Positions 53,501 through 64,000 of a stretch of DNA of 64,000 nucleotides are shown here, in pieces. The stretch is taken from contig OZ024742.1 of NCBI GenBank assembly GCA_964016885.1, forward strand, positions 163,432,001 to 163,496,000, written 5' to 3'. The notes under the pieces were generated by a model. It ran no database searches. It was not told the origin of the DNA and saw only the letters and a program-made list of their open reading frames with translations. Origin of the DNA: Eledone cirrhosa. Lineage: Eukaryota. The position numbers and the translations under genes were made by a program. Positions within the stretch are counted from its first letter, which is position 1. Each line of letters starts with the position of its first letter.

Positions 53501-56115
53501 CACCTGATTTTTTTAAAAATCATCTCCCCTTGGACGGCTGGAAATTATCTCCCCTTGATTTTTTTTACAAATTATCTCCCCCTGATTTTTTTTTACAAAT
53601 TATCTCCCCCTGATTTTTTTTTACAAATTATCTTCGCCTGATTTTTTAAAAAAATTATCTCTCCTTGGACGGCTGGATATTATCTCCCCTTTCATTTTTT
53701 TTACAAATTATCTCCCCCTGATATTTTTTTACAAATTATCTCCCCCTGATTTTTTTTTACAAATTATCTACCCCTGATTTTTTTTTACAAATTATCTCCC
53801 CTGATTTTTTTTACAAATTATCTCCCCCTGATTTTTTTACAAATTATCTCCCCCTGATTTTTTTTACAAATTATCTCCGCCTGATTTTTTTAAATATTAT
53901 CTTCCCTTGGCTGGCGGGAAATTATCTCCCCTTGGACGGCTGAAAATTATCTCCCCTTGGACGGCTGGAAATTATCTCCCCTTGATTTTTTTTACAAATT
54001 ATCTCCCCCTGATTTTTTTTTACAAATTATCTCCCCCTGATTTTTTTTTACAAATTATCTCCCCCTGATTTTTTTTTACAAATTATCTCCCCCTGATTTT
54101 TTTTACAAATTATCTCCCCATGATTTTTTTACAAATTATCTCCCCTTGGCTGGCTGGAAATTATCTCCCCTTGGAGGCTGGAATTTATCTCCCCTTAGAC
54201 GGCTAGAAATTACCTCTCCTTGGACGGCTGGAAAATATGTCTCCTTGGACGGCTGGATATTATCTACCCTTGGACGGCTGGAAATTATCTCCCCTTGGAC
54301 GGCTGGAAATTATCTCCCCTTGGACGGCTAGATATTACCTCCCCTTGGACGGCTGGAAATTATCTCCCCTTGATTTTTTTTACAAATTATCTCCCCCTGA
54401 TTTTTTTTACAAATTATCTCCCCCTGATTTTTTTACAAATTATCTCTCCCTGATTTTTTTTACAAATTATCTCCGCCTAATTTTTTTAAATATTATCTTC
54501 CCTTGGCTGGCGGGAAATTATCTCCCCTTGGACGGCTGAAAATTATCTCCCCTTGGACGGCTGGAAATTATCTCCCCTTGATTTTTTTTACAAATTATCT
54601 CCCCCTGATTATTTTTTACAAATTATCTCTCCCTGATTTTTTTTTACAAATTATCTCCCCCTGATTTTTTTTACAAATTATCTCCCCCTGATCTTTTTAC
54701 AAATTATCTCCCCTTGGCTGGCTGGAAATTATCTCCCCTTGGAGGCTGGAATTTATCTCCCCTTGGACGGCTAGAAATTACCTCTCCTTGGACGGCTGGA
54801 AAATATGTCTCCTTGGACGGCTGGAAATTATCTCCCCTTGGACGGCTGGAAATTATCTCCCCTTGGACGGCTGGAAATTATCTCCCCTTGATTTTTGTTA
54901 CAAATTATCTCACCCTGATTTTTTTTTACAAATTATCTCCCCCTGATTTTTTTTTACAAATTATCTCCCCCTGATATTTTTTACAAATTATCTCCCCCTG
55001 ATTTTTTTACAAATTATCTCCCCTTGGCTGGCTGGAAATTATCTCCCCTTGGAGGCTGGAATTTATCTCCCCTTGGACGGCTAGAAATTACCTCTCCTTG
55101 GACGGCTAGAAAATATGTCTCCTTGGACGGCTGGAAATTATCTCCCCTTGGACGGCTGGAAATTATCTCCTCTTGGACGGCTGGAAATTATCTCCCCTTG
55201 GGCGGCTAGATATTACCTCCCCTTGGACGGCTGGAAATTATCTCCCCTTGATTTTTTTTACAAATTATCTCCCCCTGATTTTTTTTACAAATTATCTCCC
55301 CCTGATTTTTTTTTACGAATTATCTCCGCCTGATTTTTTTTTAAAATGATCTCCCCTTGGACGGCTGGAAATTATCTCCCCTTGGACGGCTGGAAATTAT
55401 CTCCCCTTGGACGGCTAGAAATTACCTCTCCTTGGACGGCTGAAAATTATCTCCCCTTGGACGGCTGCAAATTATCTCCCCTTGATTTTTTTAACAAATT
55501 ATCTCCCCCTGATTTTTTTTACAAATTATCTCCCCCTGATTTTTTTTACAAATTATCTACGCCTAATTTTTTTTACAAATTATCTCCCCCTGATTTTTTT
55601 TTACAAATTATCTCCCCCTGATTTTTTTTTACAAATTATCTCCCCCTGATTTTTTTTTACAAATTATCTCCCCCCTGATTTTTTTTACAATCTCCGCCTG
55701 ATTTTTTAAAAAATTATCTTCCCTTGGCTGGCGGGAAATTATCTCCCCTTGGACGGCTGGAAATTATATCCCCTTGGAAGGATGGAAATTATCTCCCCTT
55801 GGACGGCTGGAAATTATCTCCCCTTGGACGGCTGGAAATTATCTCCCCTTGGACAGCTGGAAATTATCTGCCCTTGATTTTGTTTTTACAAATTATCTCC
55901 CCCTGATTTTTTTTTACAAATTATCTCCCCCTGATTTTTTTTTTACAAATTATCTCCCCCTGATTTTTTTACAAATTATCTCCCCCTGATTTTTTTTACA
56001 AATTATCTCCGCCTGATTTTTTTAAATATTATCTTCCCTTGGCTGGCGGGAAATTATCTCCCCTTGGACGGCTGAAAATTATCTCCCCTTGGACGGCTGG
56101 AAATTATCTCCCCCT
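35555..56115 (+). repeat. Long higher-order repeat, copy 2 (partner 1-20516)
   Basis: Collinear rare variants with copy 1. Carries a 3,303-bp internal duplication absent from copy 1 and lacks the 16243-19725 duplication of copy 1. Confidence 0.92.
39360..45213 (+). repeat. 3,303-bp-offset duplication (39360-~41910 vs 42663-~45213) with a nested 1,245-bp-offset segment
   Basis: Offsets 39815/43118, 40375/43678, 41238/44541, 41720/45023 = 3303; 41238/42483 and TAGATATTAC 40691/41936 = 1245. Confidence 0.9.
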
Positions 56116-58574
56116 GATTTTTTTACAAATTATCTCCCCCTGATTTTTTTTACAAATTATCTCCGCCTGATTTTTTTTTTAAAATGATCTCCCCTTGGAC
56201 GGCTGGAAATTATCTCCCCTTGGGCGGCTGGAAATTATCTCCCCTTGGACGGCTAGAAATTACCTCTCCTTGGACGGCTGAAAATTATCTCCCCTTGGAC
56301 GGCTGTAAATTATCTCCCCTTGGACAGCTGGAAATTATCTGCCCTTGATTTTGTTTTTACAAATTATCTCCCCCTGATTTTTTTTACAAATTATCTCCAC
56401 CTGATTTTTTAAAAAATTATCTCCCCTTGGACGGCAGTAAATTATCTCTCCTTGGCTGGAAATTATCTCCCCTTGGACGGCTAGAAATTATCTCTATTTG
56501 GACGGCTGGAAATTATCTCCCTTTGATTTTTTTTACAAATTATCTCCCCCTGATTTTTTTTTAAAATTATCTCTCCTTGGACGGCTGGAAATTATCTCCC
56601 CTTGATTTTTTTTACAAATTATCTACCCCTGATTTTTTTTACAAATTATCTCCCCCTGATTTTTTTTTACAAATTATCTACCCCTGATTTTTTTTTACAA
56701 ATTATCTCCCCCTGATTTTTTTTACAAATTATCTCCCCCTGATTTTTTTACAAATTATCTCCCCCTGATTTTTTTTACAAATTATCTCCGCCTAATTTTT
56801 TTAAATATTATCTTGCCTTGGCTGGCGGGAAATTATCTCCCCTTGGACGGCTGAAAATTATCTCCCCTTGGACGGCTGGAAATTATCTCCCCTTGGAGGC
56901 TGGAATTTATCTCCCCTTGGACGGCAAGAAATTACCTCTCCTTGGACGGCTGGAAAATATGTCTCCTTGGACGGCTAGAAATTATCTCCCCTTGGACGGC
57001 TGGAAATTATCTCCCCTTGGACGGCTGGAAATTATCTCTCCTCGGACGGCTAGAAATTACCTCTCCTTGGACCGCTGAAAATTATCTCCCCTTGGACGGC
57101 TGGAAATTATCTCCCCTTGATTTTTTTTACAAATTATCTCCCCCTGATTTTTTTTTACAAATTATCTCCCCCTGATATTTTTTACAAATTATCTCCCCCT
57201 GATTTTTTTACAAATTATCTCCCCTTGGCTGGCTGGAAATTATCTCCCCTTGGAGGCTGGAATTTATCTCCCCTTGGACGGCTAGAAATTACCTCGCCTT
57301 GGACGGCTGGAAAATATGTCTCCTTGGACGGCTGGAAATTATCTCTTCTTGGACGGCTGGAAATTATCTCCCCTTGGACGGCTAGATATTACCTCCCCTT
57401 GGACGGCTGGAAATTATCTCCCCCTGATTTTTTTTTACAAATTATCTCCCCCTGATTTTTTTTTACGAATTATCTCCCCCTGATTTTTTTTTACAAATTA
57501 TCTCCGCCTGATTTTTTTTTTAAATTATCTCCCCTTGGACGGCTGGAAATTATCTCCCCTTGGACGGCTAGAAGTTACCTCTCCTTGGACGGCTGAAAAT
57601 TATCTCCCCTTCGACGGCTGCAAATTATCTCCCCTTGATTTTTTTAACAAATTATCTCCCCCTGATTTTTTCTTACAAATTATCTCCCCCTGATTTTTAT
57701 TTACAAATTATCTACGCCTAATTTTTTTTACAAATTATCTCCCCCTGATTTTTTTTTACAAATTATCTCCCCCTGACTTTTTTTTACAAATTATCTCCCC
57801 CTGATTTTTTTACAAATTATCTCCCCCCTGATTTTTATTACAATCTCCGCCTGATTTTTTAAAAAATTATCTTCCCTTGGCTGGCGGGAAATTATCTCCC
57901 CTTGGACGGCTGGAAATTATATCCCCTTGGAAGGATGGAAATTAACTCCCCTTGGACGGCTGGAAATTATCTCCCCTTGGACGGCTGGAAATTATCTCCC
58001 CTTGGACAGCTGGAAATTATCTGCCCTTGATTTTGTTTTTACAAATTATCTCCCCCTGATTTTTTTTACAAATTATCTCCACCTGATTTTTAAAAAAATT
58101 ATCTCCCCTTGGACGGCTGGAAATTATCTCCCCTTGGCTGGAAATTATCTCCCCTTGGACGGCTAGAAATTATCTCTCTTTGGACGGCTGGAAATTATCT
58201 CCCCTTCGCTGGCTGGAAATTATCTCCCCTTGGACGCTGGAAATTATAGCCCCTTGGAGGGCTGGAAATTATCTTCCCTTGGACGGCTGGAAATTATCTC
58301 CCCTTGATTTTTTTTACAAATTATCACCCCCTGATTTTTTTTACAAATTATCTCCCCCTGATTTTTTTTTACAAATTATCTCCCCCTGATTTTTTTTTTA
58401 CAAATTATCTCCGCCTGATTTTTTAAAAAAATTATCTCCCCCTGATTTTTTTTTTACAAATTATCTCCCCCTGATTTTTTTTCTACAAATTATCTCCCCC
58501 TGATTTTTTTACAAATTATCTCCCCCTGATTTTTTTTACAATATCCGCCCGATTTTTTTAAAAATCATCTTCCC

Positions 58575-61500
58575 TTGGCTGGCGGGAAATTATCTCCCCT
58601 TGGACGGCTGGAAATTATCTCCCCTTGGAAGGATGGAAATTATCTCCCCTTGGACGGCTGGAAATTATCTCCCCTTGCACGGCTGGAAATTATCTCCCCT
58701 TGGACAGCTGGAAATTATCTGCCCTTGATTTTGTTTTTACAAATTATCTCCACCTGATTTTTTAAAAAATTATCTCCCCTTGGACGGCTGGAAATTATCT
58801 CCCCTTGGACGGCTAGAAATTATCTCTCTTTGGACGGCTGGAAATTATCTCCCTTTGATTTTTTTTACAAATTTCCCCCTGATTTTTAAAAAAAAATTAT
58901 CTCCCCTTCGCTGGCTGGAAATTATCTCCCCTTGGACACTGGAAATTATAGCCCCTTGGAGGGCTGGAAATTATCTTCCCTTGGACGGCTGGAAATTATC
59001 TCCCCTTGATTTTTTTTACAAATAATCTCCCCCTGATTTTTTTTTACAAATTATCTCCCCCTGATTTTTTTTTACAAATTATCTCCGCCTGATTTTTTTT
59101 TAAAATTATCTCTCCTTGGACGGCTGGAAATTATCTCCACTTGATTTTTTTTACAAATCATCTCCCCCTGATTTTTTTTTACAAATTATCTCCCCCTGAT
59201 TTTTTTTTACAAATTATCTTCCTCTGATTTTTTTTTACAAATTATCTCCCCCTGATTTTTTTTACAAATTATCTCCCCATGATTTTTTTACAAATTATCT
59301 CCCCTTGGCTGGCTGGAAATTATCTCCCCTTGGAGGCTGGAATTTATCTCCCCTTGGACGGCTAGAAATTACCTCTCCTTGGACGGCTGGAAAATATGTC
59401 TCCTTGGACGGCTGGATATTATCTACCCTTGGACGGCTGGAAATTATCTCCCCTTGGACGGCTGGAAATTATCTCCCCTTGGACGGCTAGATATTACCTC
59501 CCCTTGGACGGCTGGAAATTATCTCCCCTTGATTTTTTTTACAAATTATCTCCCCCTGATTTTTTTTACAAATTATCTCCCCCTGATTTTTTTACAAATT
59601 ATCTCCCCATGATTTTTCTACAAATTATCTCCGCCTAATTTTTTTAAATATTATCTTCCCTTGGCTGGCGGGAAATTATCTCCCCTTGGACGGCTGAAAA
59701 TTATCTCCCCTTGGACGGCTGGAAATTATCTCCCCTTGATTTTTTTACAAATTATCTCCCCCTGATTATTTTTTACAAATTATCTCCCCCTGATTTTTTT
59801 TTACAAATTATCTCCCTCTGATTTTTTTTACAAATTATCTCCCCCTGATTTTTTTACAAATTATCTTCCCTTGGCTGGCGGGAAATTATCTCCCCTTGGA
59901 CGGCTGGAAATTATCTCCCCTTGGAAGGATGGAAATTATCTCCCCTTGGACGGCTGGAAATTATCTCCCCTTGCACGGCTGGAAATTATCTCCCCTTGGA
60001 CAGCTGGAAATTATCTGCCCTTGATTTTGTTTTTACAAATTATCTCCACCTGATTTTTTAAAAAATTATCTCCCCTTGGACGGCTGGAAATTATCTCCCC
60101 TTGGACGGCTAGAAATTATCTCTCTTTGGACGGCTGGAAATTATCTCCCTTTGATTTTTTTTACAAATTTCCCCCTGATTTTTTAAAAAAAATTATCTCC
60201 CCTTCGCTGGCTGGAAATTATCTCCCCTTGGACACTGGAAATTATAGCCCCTTGGAGGGCTGGAAATTATCTTCCCTTGGACGGCTGGAAATTATCTCCC
60301 CTTGATTTTTTTTACAAATAATCTCCCCCTGATTTTTTTTTACAAATTATCTCCCCCTGATTTTTTTTTACAAATTATCTCCGCCTGATTTTTTTTTAAA
60401 ATTATCTCTCCTTGGACGGCTGGAAATTATCTCCACTTGATTTTTTTTAAAAATCATCTCCCCCTGATTTTTTTTTACAAATTATCTCCCCCTGATTTTT
60501 TTTTACAAATTATCCTCCCCTGATTTTTTTTTACAAATTATCTCCCCCTGATTTTTTTTACAAATTATCTCCCCATGATTTTTTTACAAATTATCTCCCC
60601 TTGGCTGGCTGGAAATTATCTCCCCTTGGAGGCTGGAATTTATCTCCCCTTGGACGGCTAGAAATTACCTCTCCTTGGACGGCTGGAAAATATGGCTCCT
60701 TGGACGGCTGGATATTATCTACCCTTGGACGGCTGGAAATTATCTCCCCTTGGACGGCTGGAAATTATCTCCCCTTGGACGGCTAGATATTACCTCCCCT
60801 TGGACGGCTGGAAATTATCTCCCCTTGATTTTTTTTACAAATTATCTCCCCCTGATTTTTTTTACAAATTATCTCCCCCTGATTTTTTTACAAATTATCT
60901 CCCCATGATTTTTCTACAAATTATCTCCGCCTAATTTTTTTAAATATTATCTTCCCTTGGCTGGCGGGAAATTATCTCCCCTTGGACGGCTGAAAATTAT
61001 CTCCCCTTGGACGGCTGGAAATTATCTCCCCTTGATTTTTTTACAAATTATCTCCCCCTGATTATTTTTTACAAATTATCTCCCCCTGATTTTTTTTTAC
61101 AAATTATCTCCCTCTGATTTTTTTTACAAATTATCTCCCCCTGATTTTTTTACAAATTATCTTCCCTTGGCTGGCGGGAAATTATCTCCCCTTGGACGGC
61201 TGGAAATTATCTCCCCTTGGAAGGATGGAAATTATCTCCCCTTGGACGGCTGGAAATTATCTCCCCTTGCACGGCTGGAAATTATCTCCCCTTGGACAGC
61301 TGGAAATTATCTGCCCTTGGACGGCTGGAAATTATCTCTCCTCGGACGGCTAGAAATTACCTCTCCTTGGACGGCTGAAAATTATCTCCCCTTGGACGGC
61401 TGGAAAATATGTCTCCTTGGACGGCTGGAAATTATCTCCCCTTGGACGGCTGGAAATTATCTCCCCTTGGACGGCTGGAAATTATCTCTCCTCGGACGGC

Positions 61501-64000
61501 TAGAAATTACCTCTCCTTGGACGGCTGAAAATTATCTCCCCTTGGACGGCTGGAAATTATCTCCCCTTGATTTTTTTTACAAATTATCTCCCCCTGATTT
61601 TTTTTTACAAATTATCTCCCCCTGATTTTTTTTTACAAATTATCTCCCCCTGATTTTTTTTTACAAATTATCTCCCCCTGATTTTTTTTACAAATTATCT
61701 CCCCCTGATTTTTTTACAAATTATCTCCCCTTGGCTGGCTGGAAATTATCTCCCCTTGGAGGCTGGAATTTATCTCCCCTTAGACGGCTAGAAATTACCT
61801 CGCCTTGGACGGCTGGAAAATATGTCTCCTTGGACGGCTGGAAATTATCTCCCCTTGGACGGCTGGAAATTATCTCCCCTTGGACGGCTAGATATTACCT
61901 CCCCTTGGACGGCTGGAAATTATCTCCCCTTGATTTTTTTTTACAAATTATCTCCCCCTGATTTTTTTTTACGAATTATCTCCCCCTGATTTTTTTTACA
62001 AATTATCTCCGCCTGATTTTTTTAAAAAAATTATCTCCCCTTGGACGGCTGGAAATTATCTCCCCTTGATTTTTTTTACAAATTATCTCCCCCTGATTTT
62101 TTTACAAATTATCTTCCCTTGGCTGGCGGGAAATTATCTCCCCTTGGACGGCTGGAAATTATCTCCCCTTGGAAGGATGGAAATTATCTCCCCTTGGACG
62201 GCTGGAAATTATCTCCCCTTGCACGGCTGGAAATTATCTCCCCTTGGACAGCTGGAAATTATCTGCCCTTGATTTTGTTTTTACAAATTATCTCCACCTG
62301 ATTTTTTAAAAAATTATCTCCCCTTGGACGGCTGGAAATTATCTCCCCTTGGACGGCCAGAAATTATCTCTCTTTGGACGGCTGGAAATTATCTCCCTTT
62401 GATTTTTTTTACAAATTTCCCCCTGATTTTTTAAAAAAAATTATCTCCCCTTCGCTGGCTGGAAATTATCTCCCCTTGGACACTGGAAATTATAGCCCCT
62501 TGGAGGGCTGGAAATTATCTTCCCTTGGACGGCTGGAAATTATCTCCCCTTGATTTTTTTTACAAATAATCTCCCCCTGATTTTTTTTTACAAATTATCT
62601 CCCCCTGATTTTTTTTTACAAATTATCTCCGCCTGATTTTTTTTTAAAATTATCTCTCCTTGGACGGCTGGAAATTATCTCCACTTGATTTTTTTTACAA
62701 ATCATCTCCCCCTGATTTTTTTTTACAAATTATCTCCCCCTGATTTTTTTTTACAAATTATCCTCCCCTGATTTTTTTTTACAAATTATCTCCCCCTGAT
62801 TTTTTTTACAAATTATCTCCCCATGATTTTTTTACAAATTATCTCCCCTTGGCTGGCTGGAAATTATCTCCCCTTGGAGGCTGGAATTTATCTCCCCTTG
62901 GACGGCTAGAAATTACCTCTCCTTGGACGGCTGGAAAATATGTCTCCTTGGACGGCTGGATATTATCTACCCTTGGACGGCTGGAAATTATCTCCCCTTG
63001 GACGGCTGGAAATTATCTCCCCTTGGACGGCTAGATATTACCTCCCCTTGGACGGCTGGAAATTATCTCCCCTTGATTTTTTTTACAAATTATCTCCCCC
63101 TGATTTTTTTTACAAATTATCTCCCCCTGATTTTTTTACAAATTATCTCCCCATGATTTTTCTACAAATTATCTCCGCCTAATTTTTTTAAATATTATCT
63201 TCCCTTGGCTGGCGGGAAATTATCTCCCCTTGGACGGCTGAAAATTATCTCCCCTTGGACGGCTGGAAATTATCTCCCCTTGATTTTTTTACAAATTATC
63301 TCCCCCTGATTATTTTTTACAAATTATCTCCCCCTGATTTTTTTTTACAAATTATCTCCCTCTGATTTTTTTTACAAATTATCTCCCCCTGATTTTTTTA
63401 CAAATTATCTTCCCTTGGCTGGCGGGAAATTATCTCCCCTTGGACGGCTGGAAATTATCTCCCCTTGGAAGGATGGAAATTATCTCCCCTTGGACGGCTG
63501 GAAATTATCTCCCCTTGCACGGCTGGAAATTATCTCCCCTTGGACAGCTGGAAATTATCTGCCCTTGGACGGCTGGAAATTATCTCTCCTCGGACGGCTA
63601 GAAATTACCTCTCCTTGGACGGCTGAAAATTATCTCCCCTTGGACGGCTGGAAAATATGTCTCCTTGGACGGCTGGAAATTATCTCCCCTTGGACGGCTG
63701 GAAATTATCTCCCCTTGGACGCCTGGAAATTATCTCTCCTCGGACGGCTAGAAATTACCTCTCCTTGGACGGCTGAAAATTATCTCCCCTTGGACGGCTG
63801 GAAATTATCTCCCCTTGATTTTTTTTACAAATTATCTCCCCCTGATTTTTTTTTACAAATTATCTCCCCCTGATTTTTTTTTACAAATTATCTCCCCCTG
63901 ATTTTTTTTTACAAATTATCTCCCCCTGATATTTTTTACAAATTATCTCCCCCTGATTTTTTTACAAATTATCTCCCCTTGGCTGGCTGGAAATTATCTC
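58575..64000 (+). repeat. Local higher-order array U-U-V-U-V' (U = 1,296 bp, V = 952 bp, UV = 2,248 bp)
   Basis: U starts at 58575, 59871, 62119; V starts at 61167 and 63415 (cut by window end). Offsets 59305/60601 = 1296; 60601/62849 and 61167/63415 = 2248. Confidence 0.9.

Larger units (their letters stand above)
1..64000 (+). repeat. Composite two-monomer tandem satellite array (25-bp type A and 26-29-bp type B, shared core AAATTATCTCCCC); runs off both window ends
   Basis: The core or a close variant recurs about every 21-29 bp from base 1 to 64000, always in the same orientation. A consensus TTGGACGGCTGGAAATTATCTCCCC; B consensus CTGATTTTTTTTACAAATTATCTCCCC with variable T-tract. Confidence 0.99.

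Noticed and set aside
47-63873. All ORFs in the track (60-205 aa, e.g. 9736-10353, 10242-10817, 33418-33951)
   Set aside because: They are translations of the repeat. The A consensus has no stop in any + frame and its 25-bp period cycles LDGWKLSP/LGRLEIISP/WTAGNYLP; B gives LIFFTNYLP or DFFYKLSPP. Most starts are TTG, ORFs overlap in several frames, and T-tract length changes shift frame freely.
1-64000. Absence of minus-strand ORFs as a sign of + strand coding
   Set aside because: The reverse-complement core GGGGAGATAATTT contains TAA, which rotates through all frames as monomer length varies.
1-64000. CRISPR-like array (constant core plus variable spacer)
   Set aside because: The core is only 13 bp, the intervening 12-16 bp fall into two classes rather than unique spacers, and there is no leader or cas gene.
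1-64000. Telomerase-synthesised repeat with two templates (25-bp unit like some budding-yeast telomeres)
   Set aside because: Rare variants are inherited collinearly over multi-kb duplications, indicating DNA-level copying. The unit matches no telomere motif I recognise.
1-64000. Embedded transposon, inversion or unique-sequence island
   Set aside because: None seen; the core recurs on the + strand throughout, and I saw no reverse-orientation GGGGAGATAATTT.
1-64000. T-tract length variation as sequencing noise
   Set aside because: Offsets between duplicated blocks stay constant to within about 1 bp over several kb, so tract lengths are mostly reproducible.

Overview
All 64 kb is one head-to-tail tandem satellite array of roughly 2,400-2,500 monomers (64,000 / ~26 bp). 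I saw no unique sequence, no inversion and no credible gene. Two monomer families share a 13-bp core, AAATTATCTCCCC: type A is TTGGACGGCTGG+core (25 bp, 52% GC) and type B is CTGA(T7-T10)AC+core (26-29 bp, ~30% GC). They alternate in short runs, mostly 2-9 monomers. The A runs are a small set of recurring, ordered variant cassettes, and specific variants mark the A/B junctions. Above this sit nested higher-order duplications with offsets of about 1.0, 1.25, 1.3, 2.25, 2.5, 3.3, 3.8, 4.66, 7.3, 28.3 and 35.55 kb. All ORFs in the track are translations of the repeat. The sequence looks like eukaryotic heterochromatic satellite, but the organism and chromosomal location cannot be determined from the window. 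Duplication boundaries were read by eye and are approximate to about one monomer.
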